DNA of 63,236 bases, filler included, from Sphacelaria rigidula (taxonomy: Eukaryota): NCBI GenBank assembly GCA_964200075.2. It is 10 parts of 10 records of this genome, joined end to end, with 100 filler letters (N's around TTAATTAATTAA, not from the genome) between each part and the next. Parts side by side here need not be neighbours in the genome. Positions count along the whole stretch, not along the records: positions 25,337 to 31,570 come from CAXNAA020021342.1; positions 31,671 to 37,904 come from CAXNAA020021343.1; positions 38,005 to 44,237 come from CAXNAA020021344.1; 7 more parts are not named here. One strand, written 5' to 3'. Positions 26,098-39,075 of this stretch are shown here, one piece after another. The translations under genes were made by a program, and so were the position numbers. A model generated the notes under the pieces. That model made no database searches and was not told the origin of the DNA. It saw only the letters and a list, made by a program, of their open reading frames with translations. How positions within the stretch are numbered: the first letter of the stretch is position 1; each line of letters starts with the position of its first letter.

Positions 26098-27719
26098 TCA
26101 CCTCAATTTTGCGAGTTAGACTTTGAGATCTGGTAGGGAGGAAGAATAGAGCATGCTGAAACGCTGTCGCGCGGGACGCAAAAAGTTGTTTCTTGTTTTT
26201 TGTTTTCCTGATATCGAGATACTGATTATTGCCCTTACCTTTTACTTCTTATGTAGTACGGAATCGAAAAGTAGAACTTGTTGAAAAGTGCCTTTTTGGC
26301 CCTCCTCCGTCGTTTTCCCCCCGAAAAGAGGACTAGGCGGTTGTTGACACCTTGGAATGACTTGCTCTACTCGCTGAGACGGTTCCAGAGCTCCTTTGCG
26401 TTTCCCGTAGTCACGGTTTCATGTTTGGCCAAACTTGCATTTTCAATAACAAACGGTCAAGTTATCTAAAAACAGGGGGGAAACTGACATTTTTTTGGTA
26501 ACTTGGCTGTCTGCTATTGAAAATGCAAGCTTGGCCAAAAACGAAACAGTGAGGCGGGGTCGTATCAGACGTGATTAAAAAAGTCACTTTTGGAGAAGTG
26601 ATTGCCCGCACAAAGACCAGTGCTGCGTCTTATCGACAAGCAGTCTGTCCAGAAAGAAGCCCGGATCTGCGCACAGGTGAAAGATGCGGCGGTTTTGGAA
26701 GCGGCCGTTAGTCCAATATCTCTGTACTGCTGCGGATGAGACGCGAAGAGGTAGCACAGCGCCGACACACCTAGCCACGAAAACCGACGGATAGACATTC
26801 ACCACTCATGCGCAATAGCTCATGCGCTAGCTCTTCATCATCTACACACGACAGCCTTCGACAAAAATCCGTCCAGCATTAGATGAAAGGCGGCCGCGTG
26901 CGTGTCAAATAGCAACCGAAAGCAAGCGTGCTGTTGCTGACTGTTTTTAAGCGTGTGCTGTGCGCGCGTCTCACGCAAATCATCATTATTTCTCACTGAA
27001 TTTTGAACCGGTTTGAGCAAGGTCACGCACAGCGTGCTCAGCTGATGAGCAGCAATGAATGGAGCGGTATGTTTTGGTTTGGGAGGGCAATGCGATCCTC
27101 AGGTTCACGTTTGATTGTCTTGACTTGTCTGTCAAGACTTCGGTTATGCCCGTCAACGGGATGTTTTATGTTCCCGTTCGAGGTGTCACAAAATCACTTT
27201 TACAAAAGTGATTTTTTGGCACTTCTCGGGGGGGGGGGTGGTGGTATCGCAGCAACCAGTCATCGGTCGTTTTTCACAAAAGTGATTTATTGCAAAGTTA
27301 TAATCACTCCTGATAAGACCCCGCCTGACGCGAAGAAAGGTGCTCTGGAACCATCACAGCGAGTCTGACATTTTATTGGTAACTTGGCCGTCTGTTATTG
27401 AAAATGCAAGCTTGACCAAAAACGAAACCGTGACCTACGGGAAACGCAAAGGTGCTCTGGAACCGTCACAGCGAGTAGAGCAAGTCTTCCCAAGATGTCA
27501 ACAGCCGCCTAGCAATCGTTTCGGGGGGAACACGAAGAAGGACCACAACAACTGCACTTCTCAACAAAAAGTTTTACTTTTTGATACATAATCTTCAAGA
27601 AGTAGCCGTAACTCACGAGAAAAAATAAACTTTTGCGTCCCGCGCGGCAGCGTTTCAGCGTGCCCTATTCTTCCTCCCAATCAAAGTTCGAAGTCTAATA
27701 ACTCGCAAAGTTGAGGTGA
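26098..27719. mobile_element. Foldback-type non-autonomous DNA element with ~350-bp imperfect TIRs
   Basis: 26098-26470 is the inverted counterpart of 27365-27719 (e.g. gggaggaagaatagagcatgctgaaacgctg / cagcgtttcagcgtgccctattcttcctccc). Ends are TCACCTCAA...TTGAGGTGA, and similar ends occur at ~58040-58300. Confidence 0.8.
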
Positions 27720-30700
27720 AAAACGGCGATTTAGAAAACGGGCCGGGAGAAATTCGGAACAATAATTTTAAGGCCGTGTACCGGCCCAGGTCTGGTACTT
27801 GTGCCTTGAATCTTTGTATGGGACCTCACTAGGTCATAACCGACCAAAAAAAGTGGTGAAGGTTGACATACATTTATATATTCATTTGGTAAGGACGCGT
27901 CAGTATAGTGAAGACCATATTATCACGAGAAGGCCCGCCCCTTTCCAAATAAAATGAAGGGCACGTTTTTTTTCTTCGGCATGCCTTTGGAATCCTCCAT
28001 GATAAGTTTCAAATCTCACTTGCTAAAATTAAGCTGAAAAACTGACATCATGTCCGAGAGCACTGTCATGTTTTCCTCGAAACTCCCCTGAAAAAAAAAA
28101 GTAAAAAAAAAACGGCGATTTTTTCATTCATTGAGCAGTGGCGATTCTCCGAACGAAATTCAAAGCACAACTCTCCAGATTTCGTGCATCAAGCACCTCT
28201 GCTCGAAATATATTCATGTCAGTATAGAAAATGATGTGCGTCATATCTTTTGACACATAATAAATTAGGCAAAACTGGGGGTATTGATCGTTTCCCCGTT
28301 CTCCAGGGAATGTCCACCAAAAATAAAAAATCGTAACCATCCACTGTATATATCGTTCGGGGTTTCATATAGACTTTAGTATTGAGGCTATTTCCGTACG
28401 GTATAGGAATTACCTGACATGGGATTTTGTCAGCGAGAAAAAAATGGCCCAGACATCCGAGCACATACATGGGCACCTTCCCCACGATCACACGATTAAT
28501 ACGAAATGCAGATCGCACCGTGTCGATGAGATATTGTTTTGAGAGCTCAAATCCGCGTCTAGGCTGGCCCAGCTCGTTTTCACTAGCGTTTCTCCGTAGG
28601 AAACTTCATAGTACACAAACTCTCGAAAAAACTGAGAGGGGATATCCAGGTTTGTTTATCTAGTGCATCTGCTCGTAATATACTGAGTTTAGTATCGAAA
28701 CTTATGTGCGCCATATCTCGAGATCGTTCACGAATTAGGTGAAGGTGAGGGTATCTGTCGCCTCCCCGTGCTCCAGGGAATGTCCACACCAAAATTCGTC
28801 GTCATCCCCGGAATGCATCCATCGGTGGTTTCATGGAGATTTCAGTATGGACGCTATCTCCGTTAGGTATAGGAATTACTAGACATGGGGTTTGATCAAC
28901 GAGAAAATATGGACCCAAACTTTTGAGCAGATAAGCACCTTCGATTCGTGTTCTCATAGCTAGCGGGGAAACATTGCTCAACGGACTGGGGTCCGAAGAC
29001 CCAATCCGCAGAATAATACCCCCCTCATGAGCTCACGAGAGAGGGTATACATTGTCTCTTTTCCGACTGGGCGGGGGAAGGACACAGCTTGCGTAACCTC
29101 AGCGGGTCATGCACCCTGACATAACAGAGGTGTTGTACAAATATTGAACAGGCGATGTTTTTGCAATATCTGATACCTGATTCTCGAGTTTGGCTCTATT
29201 TCTGTTTGACTTCGAGTTTCGAGTGGGAGCGTTAGGCTGTCTTCAGTACCATAGTCCGAATGGTCGCCTGCGGCATCCGACGTTATAGCTGGCCACCTTC
29301 AGTGTATCATTTGCTCTGAACTGCACCTCTCTGGAGGATATACACTTAGTGGAACTATTATTAATGTAATATATTTAGCTTTCGCCTTCATTGGCTTTTC
29401 CGAAAACTGTACTGCGCTCGACATCCATTACTGGAGAGTGTTTGAACTACGTAGTATTAGTATTTTCATCTTTGTGGGACGCACAGTCCTCAGTGCTCGC
29501 CCAGCGGATCGGAGCCGTAGGCACCGATATGAGCTCTGCCACGCCTAGGGCACCGTGTATATATCCTTGACCTAGGGTTCCCGTTCTGCCTCCGGTTGGG
29601 GTTTGGGCTGGGAGTATGGCCTTGGGGGTTTCATGAAACAGAAGCATGCCCATGCAACCATGAATTTGGAGAAGCGGGTTGGGTGAAAACCCCGTCTAGC
29701 TGAAGGCGTCACTGTATTCTGTCGCTCGACGATTCAGCTCAACAGTCTTGTCTACTGCCGTTGCGTGTCTGATATGTAAATACCTCTACTCCAGTGCATA
29801 TAAACCGCACACCGGAACATAGTTGCGATCGAACCCCCCCCTCCCTAGGGTATCCTATATCGAAACGTGCGGATACGAGAATACACACACATGAACGGAC
29901 TTCGTTCGAGATGATCGGCTTTGAACACTCTTGTAGTGGTGATGAAGACCGAGCACATGCCCCTATATCGTACACCTCGAATAAAATGTTGTTATATCCG
30001 TACGACAGCTCGCTGTCAATATAAGTCGCCCTTTGGTCAACTAACTGGATTGTACGATGTACACAAGTTGCGATGTGAAGATAAATTGCTTGTCCTGTAC
30101 ATACTGTTAAAACTACGTGAAACAAAATCTGAATACTGCTGTACGCGCACATACTAATTTTGGCGCGCTGCTCAGAGGCCATTCAATGAGGCGGGCTGTT
30201 TACTCTACTCTACTCCGGTCATGACCAAGGATGTTGTTTCATCAGACAAATATATATGTCTCTCCAACTATACTTTGGCGCTGGCGCGTATAAGAGCAAA
30301 AAAAACGAGGCTCGGCCGTGTCAACTCCGGACCGCCACAGGTCAGCCGGGCTCGTGCTGCAGCATCTACGACCGCCGCCAACTACACGGTGTTGTCGTTC
30401 CATCTGAAAAACTAAATTGGGGTGAACTCCAACAGGCAGTCACCGACTACTGACAGGAGAGAACATTTTCCCCTCCGTTCAGCAAAAACAGCACAGTTGC
30501 TGTGTGTTCTCCCTCACGACAAACAGCCATTTTCGTGAGCGCTGTTCAATGAACCCCCTGGTGAATGGGCAAATGTTGTCGTGGAAAATGATGGGAAACG
30601 AAGAGTTTCACAAGAGAAGTTCTTCGGATGACGGGGATCTCTCAGCTTGACTGCCGTACGCACAGCACACACGCACAAACTCTATAGAACATGGTTCCTT

Positions 30701-33337
30701 TTGTTTTCGTTGAATCGTGTCGCCAATACAGCCATCGCGCGGGGAGGTAAGGTGATTCTCCTCACGGCCCGTCCGACGGTACCTTTGCGGAGCAGTACAT
30801 TTACACATATGTACTTGAAGACAAGTCAAGTAGCAGATCTGCCTTGCGAGCGCGGAATGAGAAAGCACTAATCCACTCCATTGAATGAGAAAAAACCAGG
30901 CGTATATCCACGCAATCACTGTACCGTACTGTACTGTGTTGTGTAGAGTCACTGGTGAAACGAGTTGGCGTAAAATAACGATCCTGCACGCACGCCCTGT
31001 CGACGTTGTCGTTGCATTCAACAGTATAGGAGGGTCGCCCCGACGGGCGTTCGACCAATATCCTAACACATTGTTTCTTTCGGGCGGTCAACACCAATAA
31101 TAGCAACACCACACGCACACGCGCAGCGTGCGCTTTAAAACTCCCATCGAATGAAATGCAACCTCACCTTTCTGGCGCTGCTCCTGCTCGGACAGATGAG
31201 CGTTGTGACCGTCTGTACGATGGTACAAAGAACTGCTGGCTATTGTGTTGTGTGTTTGAGTACTGTGTATTGCCAGCGCGCGGTCGGGGTATCTGAGGGG
31301 ATAACTACTCGTCGCACAGATAACAGACAGTAGTACTGGTTTCACAAGAGGAGGGATATTTTCTGGATTTTTCCAGCAAACAAGTTGGACCCATCTCCGC
31401 GTGTGATGGGGCTTGGATTGTCGGCACATCTTCACTGCGACCGTTCATCTTCACTGCCGTTGCACATTTGAGTTATGGCTTTTCCCGTTTTTTATCAGCA
31501 AATGATCCCTTTCTTCTTTCTTTCTTCTTTATTTCTGTTTGCTTGTATCGCGTTTTGTGAGTTTTTCACTNNNNNNNNNNNNNNNNNNNNNNNNNNNNNN
31601 NNNNNNNNNNNNNNTTAATTAATTAANNNNNNNNNNNNNNNNNNNNNNNNNNNNNNNNNNNNNNNNNNNNTGGCAGCGCAAAAGGAGCGCTGCGGAATCA
31701 AGGCACCCACACATCCATTTCATGTGACATCGGCACAGAGCAAGTGCTGGAATGCGTTTGTGGGCGCAAAAGGCCTTGCTAATTCTTGCTTTGTAGTACC
31801 TAGTCCCGAACCAAGCATTCGATCGAAACTGCAACTTGTCAACCGCGATGTTTACATATTGTTGTTAGTGTACACAACAGGCGGCAGTGGCAACACACAT
31901 CACAGCTGCTGCTATTAGTCCGTGAAGTGCGGTACACAGACGATGGTCAAAACCGCTTTTCACACGTGAGTTCCTGCGCTTGATCCGTCCGATGTGCGCT
32001 CAGGCGACTTTCATGTGTGACCTCACCCACTGCAATTCGAGAGGTGACGGGTACTTGCTGTTGTAACGCGAAGTTGCTTTGCACAGTAACATAGAGTAGC
32101 TTGTTATCAATGTTCTCAGGCAGTAGTGACAGCACATTTTCTCCGATTGTCGTTGGAGTACAGAGGCAATGCACAACTATCCCGCCTGCCGAGTCTCATA
32201 TGTTCCTCCTGTTATCTTGTTATTACTGCACACAGGCAGTAGTGACAGCAAACGTTATGGCTGTCTTCGGTCTACCAAAGGCAGTGCATCGAACATAGAA
32301 AAGACCGCGCTTGAGGCCCTGGCTTGTGCGCGCTCGACAGCGTAGAGGCAACACAGGTGATTTTGATCAGAGCAAACAATATGGCTCGTGGTACTTCATG
32401 TTGGGAGAATGAATTGCCCCTTGTACACAAGCGCATACAAGAAATCAACACCACATGGCAGGGGAGAAGATACGAACACATACCCTTCAAAACGGAGCTT
32501 GTCCCTCGTTGCATTGTTCACATATTGTTGTAAGTATTCACAGTCAGTTACGGAAAACATCATTGCTGTCTTCCGACTGTGAAAGGACCAAAGGACCGCA
32601 ATAAAAATTGGGCGCACCGGCTTAGCTTATGCACTGGATCCAACACTCTGACATGAAACAGATGCGTCAAACTTTTCATTGACCGCGTTGAGCCTTTCGG
32701 TGGCCACCTTGAGTTCGTTTTCAGCCTTCTCCGCGCGTCGAGGCGCCGCCTTGACCTTGCGCGCGGCAGTCAAGGCACAGGATAAGTCTTGACCGGTTTT
32801 TCCCTTGTACTTCGTCCATGCTGCACGGGAGTCCGTTTGTTTCTTGAGTTTACGAACACCGAGCTTTTGAGAATTCTGCATTTTTCACCTCGATAAACGC
32901 TGCTGTTCCTGAAGCCGCAAGTGCCGATTTTTCAACGCAGATATCTCGGCAACGAGGCAGAGGATTGGACTGCGGTCTGATGCGTGCGCTTCCCACACAC
33001 CAAAACTTTTCAGCGCCGCGACGGCTTCCGTAACGCGTGCCGCTAAGCTCGCAGCACTTTGCAAACCGCCAAAATGTACTAAAAAACGCGCTCTCTTTGA
33101 CGTCCGGGGGCGTTTCGGATCCGCTGTGGCGAATTGAGCAAACCCGCTGCGGCGCTGAATAGATCTAGTGTGTGCGCGGGGGGCTGCCAAGTGCCATAGG
33201 CCGGTTTGCTCCCTGTCTCGAGAACTCTGCGATGTAAAAATTACAGCTGTCGCATACTAAACCTAGGTAACTTCGGGTGGAGCGTGTGTTCTGTTTGGAA
33301 GAGGTTCGGCACAGGATGGGCACAGGTCCGACCAGTC

Positions 33338-33529
33338 AGGCCGTGTCTTGTCAAACTGTTTTGGTGTCGAAAACGTGCGGTGGAATCGAATTCACTCGTT
33401 TTTGATTCGTCCACGCTACCAATTTTCTCAGATGGTTGAGAACATGAATGCCTTGGACGTATCAGGCACGAGCAAATTTGATTCCACCGTACGTTTTCGA
33501 GTCAAAACCAATTTGATGAGGCACGGCCT
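33338..33529. mobile_element. ~190-bp palindromic MITE
   Basis: The arms aggccgtgtcttgtcaaactgttttggtgtcgaaaacgtgcggtggaatc and gattccaccgtacgttttcgagtcaaaaccaatttgatgaggcacggcct are imperfect reverse complements. Confidence 0.75.
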
Positions 33530-33894
33530 CAATGACGTCTTCAATACGTTTTCAATATCCCTCCGCGTTCGTATTTTTTTTTGTTGACCACGGATTTTTG
33601 GTCGGTAAGGCCTTCATTCACCCCTATGACTGTTCCCTTGTACCTGTGGACAACCACTACGATAGCAACCATCAACCATCTATCTCGTTGAACGCGTGGC
33701 GTCGGGACATATCGTTATAGACATAGTCGGTGCGTCCTCGTCATACAGTAGCACGACGCAGATCAGTTGCTTTGGTGGGGAAAGGAATAGTTGCGACATG
33801 ACGAGGGGGGAGGGAGGGTCAGGAAGGCATGCTGGAATCCCAGCGATGGCTTTTCTCAACGGGGGTGGGGATGTGTGCCGTAAGTCGAACGTGC

Positions 33895-33896
<2 letters not shown>

Positions 33897-33929
<33 letters not shown>

Positions 33930-33946
33930 TGTGTGTGTGTGTGTGT
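33897..33946. repeat. (GT)n microsatellite
   Basis: Direct reading. Confidence 0.95.
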
Positions 33947-34262
33947 TTAATACGAATTTTCCATGAACAATACTTGATTTGGGGACGGACCACTACATAA
34001 GTCAGGTGTACTTGGTGCATTATTTATTTTCAACCTATACTACGGCAATACCAGTCAAGCTCGTTGCTTTTAGCCGGACCAAATGACCTTTAGTGCAGTA
34101 CAGACACATCGCCACCGACCGCTGTTTCCCCTGTCCACCGCACATCACAAACGGAACATGGCAATCTCTCCGCAGGGTTGACTGCCGACTGTGATTCACG
34201 CGCACTTCAGCTTCGTGTGCATATATGCACCAAAGGAAACAAAACACCTGACAGAAGCTCAC

Positions 34263-34477
34263 CTAACAGTGTCGACATTGGCGAGATCATCCACCTCTTC
34301 CAGGTAGCTGTGCAGACTTTTGAACGCTCGTGATAGCGGGCTCTCTGCCTGCAAGGGCACCTCCCTCGAGAACCTCTCCCGGCTGGCCCATCTCGAATTG
34401 AGTCTCAGCACGGTCAGCACGTTGTGGATCTCTCCCTTGACGCACAGCACAGCGTTTGAGTTCACAGAAGACGTCAT
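34263..34477 (-). CDS. GBF1: First coding exon of a GBF1/GNOM-family large ARF guanine-nucleotide exchange factor (remaining exons off-contig)
   Basis: MTSSVNSNAVLCVKGEIHNVLTVLRLNSRWAS...ESPLSRAFKSLHSYLEEVDDLANVDTV resembles the GBF1/GNOM N-terminal DCB region (GEI..V....RRN.RW...PL...F..L). It ends at the donor AG|GTGAGC. Confidence 0.8.
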
Positions 34478-35488
34478 TTTGCTCCCCAAGTCCTGCTTCG
34501 CAGGCACTCTACTGATGGCCTAAATAAGACTGCCGAAAACCAGAGCACGCAACAGGACAAGGATAGAGGGTCCGTATTCCAGTATCGGCTGTCGAAAACC
34601 GGTCTGCCGCGCTATGCGGCAGTATATGATGTAGTATCCGTGTTGTGCTGTCCTGTACTGTGATACACTTCACTGCTGCCGAAAATGGACGATTTTCTCG
34701 TTTCTGATTGCTGCCCTCAGCCTTTTGGGTACAACAGTCTGCCCAAAGTTGAAAGCTGAGAACTTCGACTTCTATAAGCCACTTGGCCTTGGAGAACAAG
34801 CTGAGGTTACCCTCTTGCTGAGCGCAAGTACGTCCCGCAGCAGCGGTACCACAAGCCCACGCCGGCTGGGCGGCTGGGGTGTTGATCGCATGAATAGTGA
34901 TTATTTTGCATTTTGCACTCATATCTTGTACTACTGTACCTTGACTGTACAACAGTACAACAGTCAGTACAGTAAAAAAATCGGAGTTCTGGCATTGAGT
35001 AGAGTAATCACATCATTTGCATTTGTACGACAAATTTTACTTTGTATCATCAGAGATGAAATTTAGCGCCTTTGTTGCTACCGATTTGGTACATTCCACT
35101 GCCCATCGTTCTTGGGGGTGAGATATACAATGAAAAGTCAATTTGAAGAACATGTGTTGAGATCAGTCTCTGGTCCAGATTTAGACCCGCGGTCGATATA
35201 TAGAAAATATCCAAAATCAAAATTATATCCACAAGCATCTGTCTTCGTGATAGAAGATATTCTTTCCAATAAAAGCTAACGATCCGGTGAAGGGGTGAAC
35301 GTTTACTCTACTCTAAAGAGAAAAGGAAACATAGATCACATAGTTCGGGTGGGAAATAGTTGCGTCATCATAGACTGTGGGAAACGAAACATGGCTCTTA
35401 TTAAGATGGTACAAGTTTCGTTTCGCGGTAGCCGGGCGGCTCTTTTTGCAGCAGAAGGTGCACGGCGCGACGGTTGCCGACAGCTTGT

Positions 35489-35797
35489 ATGTTCATGATG
35501 AATGCGAGGCGTCTAGTCGTTACGCTTTGTACGGTGGCCTTTTGTCATCACGAAAAGGTTCATGCGCTGCGACCATATGTCTCCTCAACGATCCGATCAA
35601 GCAGCATCAGCACAACGTCATGGTGCGGGACTGGATTTTGCAGGCGACAGCAGCCGAGGCAGCGGCTGAACGAGCAGCAACAGCAGCAGCAGCAGAGGAG
35701 CAGGAGGATGTCAATGGTGAATATCAATAGCGAGGAGGAGGCAAACAAAGCTAAGATGAGATTGAGGTCAGGTCACTTTGCGCGAGCGCTAGCTGAG
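35489..35797 (+). CDS. Probable first exon of a secreted or plastid-targeted protein, divergent from the GBF1-like gene
   Basis: MFMMNARRLVVTLCTVAFCHHEKVHA-LRP is followed by an S/T/R-rich stretch and polyQ. The 103 codons end at GAG|GTGTGT. Confidence 0.55.
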
Positions 35798-37047
35798 GTG
35801 TGTGTAGTCGATCGCACCTCTACCATCTTACGAATCGATCTTTCGTCTACGCATGATCTTTTCTCCAGTTTCGGTATGTACACGCAGAGCAGGAAAGCCA
35901 GCGAGAGCAGAACATGTCATCGTCAGTACGTCACAGCTGACACTGCACACGTAACTTACTGACACTACCCTGGCGTCTAACCTGTATCTTGGCGCTTGAG
36001 GGGGTGGAAAGCGAAGTTCAGCAAGGGTGGACTGGGTGGGAATACGTCCACTCCAATCGCTTGTCGGCGAATTCGCGATATATCCCTCTTGTCGTTTGTG
36101 TTTCACCGCATCGATTCGCCTGTCGCTGTGTCGTGTTGGATACATGTCAGAAACGGCACCAGCTCACAGACACGACTCTCGGGCTAGCTATCCGAGTTTA
36201 GATCAACAGGGTATACTCACGTTGCAGTTATGCTCGCGCAGGGCACATCTCTCTTCAATCAGCCTCTACAATCACAGTTTGCGACAGGATGAACATGTAG
36301 CAAAACGAGCGCGTTCACAGCGCAAGCAACACTCTCTTGGAAGCTGGCAGATATGAACAACTGAAGTTTTTTTTTTTTCATCCTTGAATCCCTTCCTTTT
36401 CTCGCGACGAGTCTGTGGTCTCAGGGGACCAACCCATCTCTCTCCTCGGTATACGCCCTGTGTTTTGATCTCGCGGATTGGATCAGCACTCTCGCACCGC
36501 GTCAACTCGGGTCAAACAAGCTCAGTGCACTACAGGCTGGGCCGCCGAAGACGCGGACAGGAATATTGACACTCGATTATACTGCTCAATTTTCGGTCGT
36601 TTCCAATGAAATTTTGAAATTTTGACATCATGTACACAACGTAAGTGCGAGACCTCACTTTTCCTCCCCCGCTTTTTTTCTTGGACAATGGCCTAGGAAA
36701 GGTATACCTTCTCTTATATTGCCCAAGACAGGTACGAAAAATGGCCAGAAACGCGACAACAGCAAAGCACAAAATCTATACCGATTTCGATCCGAATTTT
36801 TCACGCACATCAATCGGGGAGCTCCTCGGCACCCGGGCCTCGACAAAAGAAAAGAAAAACACATGTTACTCGCGACATATGGCCATGCTCAGAAAGGCGC
36901 CTCGCCTCCAGAAACCACTTGCCCTTTCTAGGCCAAATTCCGGCCAGGTATGTTTAATCTGGGAATTCTCCTTCAATCGTACGGTATCTGGGCCACTAGT
37001 CGGCCCATAGAGTACCTATGCTGGGCCATCGCTTCCCACACTGTCCT

Positions 37048-37641
37048 TGATGCGGCACACTGCGCGGAAGGCAACCCACGCGCCAACTCCAACCATGGCG
37101 CCCGCACATTCGGCTTTTTTCCCGCTCAATCGCCGTTCACGAACACCACAACGACCACACCCCTTTCTCCTCGGAAATGGTTCTCGCTCGTCGTTGGTGA
37201 TTGTTATACAAGATTGAGATATATGTGATGGTTCCTTGTGCGATTCTGTTGGGCGCATGTTCCTCTTTGGGGCCGAGCGCTATTACGGTACTCTCCCTGT
37301 TTGGATATGGATGACGGCTCTTATCCATTCCTTGCACCAACCATCGATGATGTGATAACCGGCCATTGGTGACGGAAGAGCTTAGCTTGACCCCGACACC
37401 AGCCCCAAATCACGACGGCACCATGTCACGTAACACTCCGCAAGCGAAAGACAGAAGCGTTGTGAGTTTTGAGTCCAGTTCTTGTGCCTGTGCAGAGAGA
37501 CTCGGGAACCATTTCCGGGGAGAAAGGGGTGTGGTCGTTGTGGCGTTCGTGACCGGCAGATGAGCGAGAAAAGAGTCGAATGTGCGGGCGCCATGGTTCG
37601 AGTTGACGCGTGGATTCCCTTGCGCGCACTGTACCGCATCA
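37048..37641. mobile_element. ~590-bp element with ~135-bp TIRs
   Basis: 37048-37187 is the imperfect reverse complement of 37502-37641 (accatggcgcccgcacattcg...acgaccacacccctttctcc). Confidence 0.8.
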
Positions 37642-37904
37642 GGGCCTACCTTGAGACGGTTTTCTCGATCGAAAAAGGTGCGGTCCATTTTTTTTGCCGA
37701 TCTGATAGATCCACCGCATATATGTTCCTAGAAAGCTTCAACTCACAAATTGTAGTTAGTGGCGCGCGCAGAAAAAGTGTTTGACACAAGAAGTAATCCT
37801 TTTCGATCCAAACATGCGGTCGAAAAGCACGAAGCGGCACTTGACTCCTATCTTACAGACCACCACGTCAGGTAACACCTGCTCACAGGACCATGCTAAC
37901 TCCA
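37640..37904 (+). repeat. Dispersed repeat (end of the TIR family at 53173-55730)
   Basis: Aligns with 53175-53432 (tcgatcgaaa...gccgatctgata...gaagcggca...caggaccatgc). Confidence 0.75.
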
Positions 37905-38480
37905 NNNNNNNNNNNNNNNNNNNNNNNNNNNNNNNNNNNNNNNNNNNNTTAATTAATTAANNNNNNNNNNNNNNNNNNNNNNNNNNNNNNNNNNNNNNNN
38001 NNNNGTAGGTCATGTGGTCGATCATCGGTAAGGTGTTTCTTTCATGAGTGCATTAGGTCTTGGCATATGTGCCATGCATTGTCCACCCCTTCCCTTCATT
38101 AGGCGCTTTTTGCACCGAATGTCGAAAATTTCTGGAAGTGGCTGACCAGACTTTCACCGCCTACTGGAAACCGGTAAGGGTTTACGGGTATCTCACTACG
38201 AGACCCCAACCTCCATGTGAATTTGACATGGACGCGGTGATGACCCTACCCTATCCGTACTGGTTAAATCTTCTATACTTTCGATGTGCATGTAAGGTGG
38301 TCAACCTTCACGCTGTTGTTTACATGTCTAGGTTTTGGATTTAATATTGTCTTACCTTTGTTTTGATATTGGGGGGGAGGATCTCGGTTGTTTTCCGACT
38401 TGATATGAAATAGTAGATCTGTTATTTTTCGCGATTCCACGTTCATGTTTGGGCTGTGTTTTGGTAGGTGAAAGAAGAAA

Positions 38481-39075
38481 GAGGGTGAGCTTCTTCATTT
38501 CATGTCCATGTCCGTGCTGTGTTATAGTAGGTTAAGTGAAAAGGAGGGTCAGCTTCTCGTTTTCATGTCTATGTCCGGGCTGTGTTATGGTAGGTTAAGT
38601 GAAAAATAGGGTTAGCTTGTTTATTTCATGTCCATGTCCGGGCTGTGTTATGGGCGGTTTAATGGAAAGGAGGGTCAGCTTCTCTATTTCATGTCCATGT
38701 CCGGGCTGAGTTATGGTAGGTGATATAAAATGGGGGTTGGCTTCTCTATTTCATGTCCATGTCCGGGCTGTGTTTATAATGGGGGTTAGCTTCTCATTTT
38801 TATGTCTTTGTCCGGGCTGTGTTATGGTAGGGTAAATAAAAAGGAGGGTTAGCTTCTCTATTTCATGTCTATGTCCGGTCTGTATTATGGTGGGTTAAAT
38901 AAAAGGAGGGTTAGCTTCTCTATTTCATGTCTATGCCTGGGCTGTATTATGGTGGGCTAGATAAAAAGGAGGGTTAGTTTCTCTATTCCATGTCTATGTC
39001 CGGGCTGTGTCATGGTAGGTTAAATAAAAGGAGGGGTAGCCTCTCTATTTCATGTCTATGTCCGGGCTATGTTAC
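38481..39075 (+). repeat. Minisatellite, ~58-60 bp unit, ~10 copies
   Basis: Unit gggttagcttctctatttcatgtc(c/t)atgtccgggctgtgttatggtaggttaaataaaagga. Confidence 0.95.

Noticed and set aside
38481..39075. Regularly spaced repeats resembling a CRISPR array
   Set aside because: The apparent spacers are homologous to each other, so this is a minisatellite. There are no cas genes and the context is eukaryotic.
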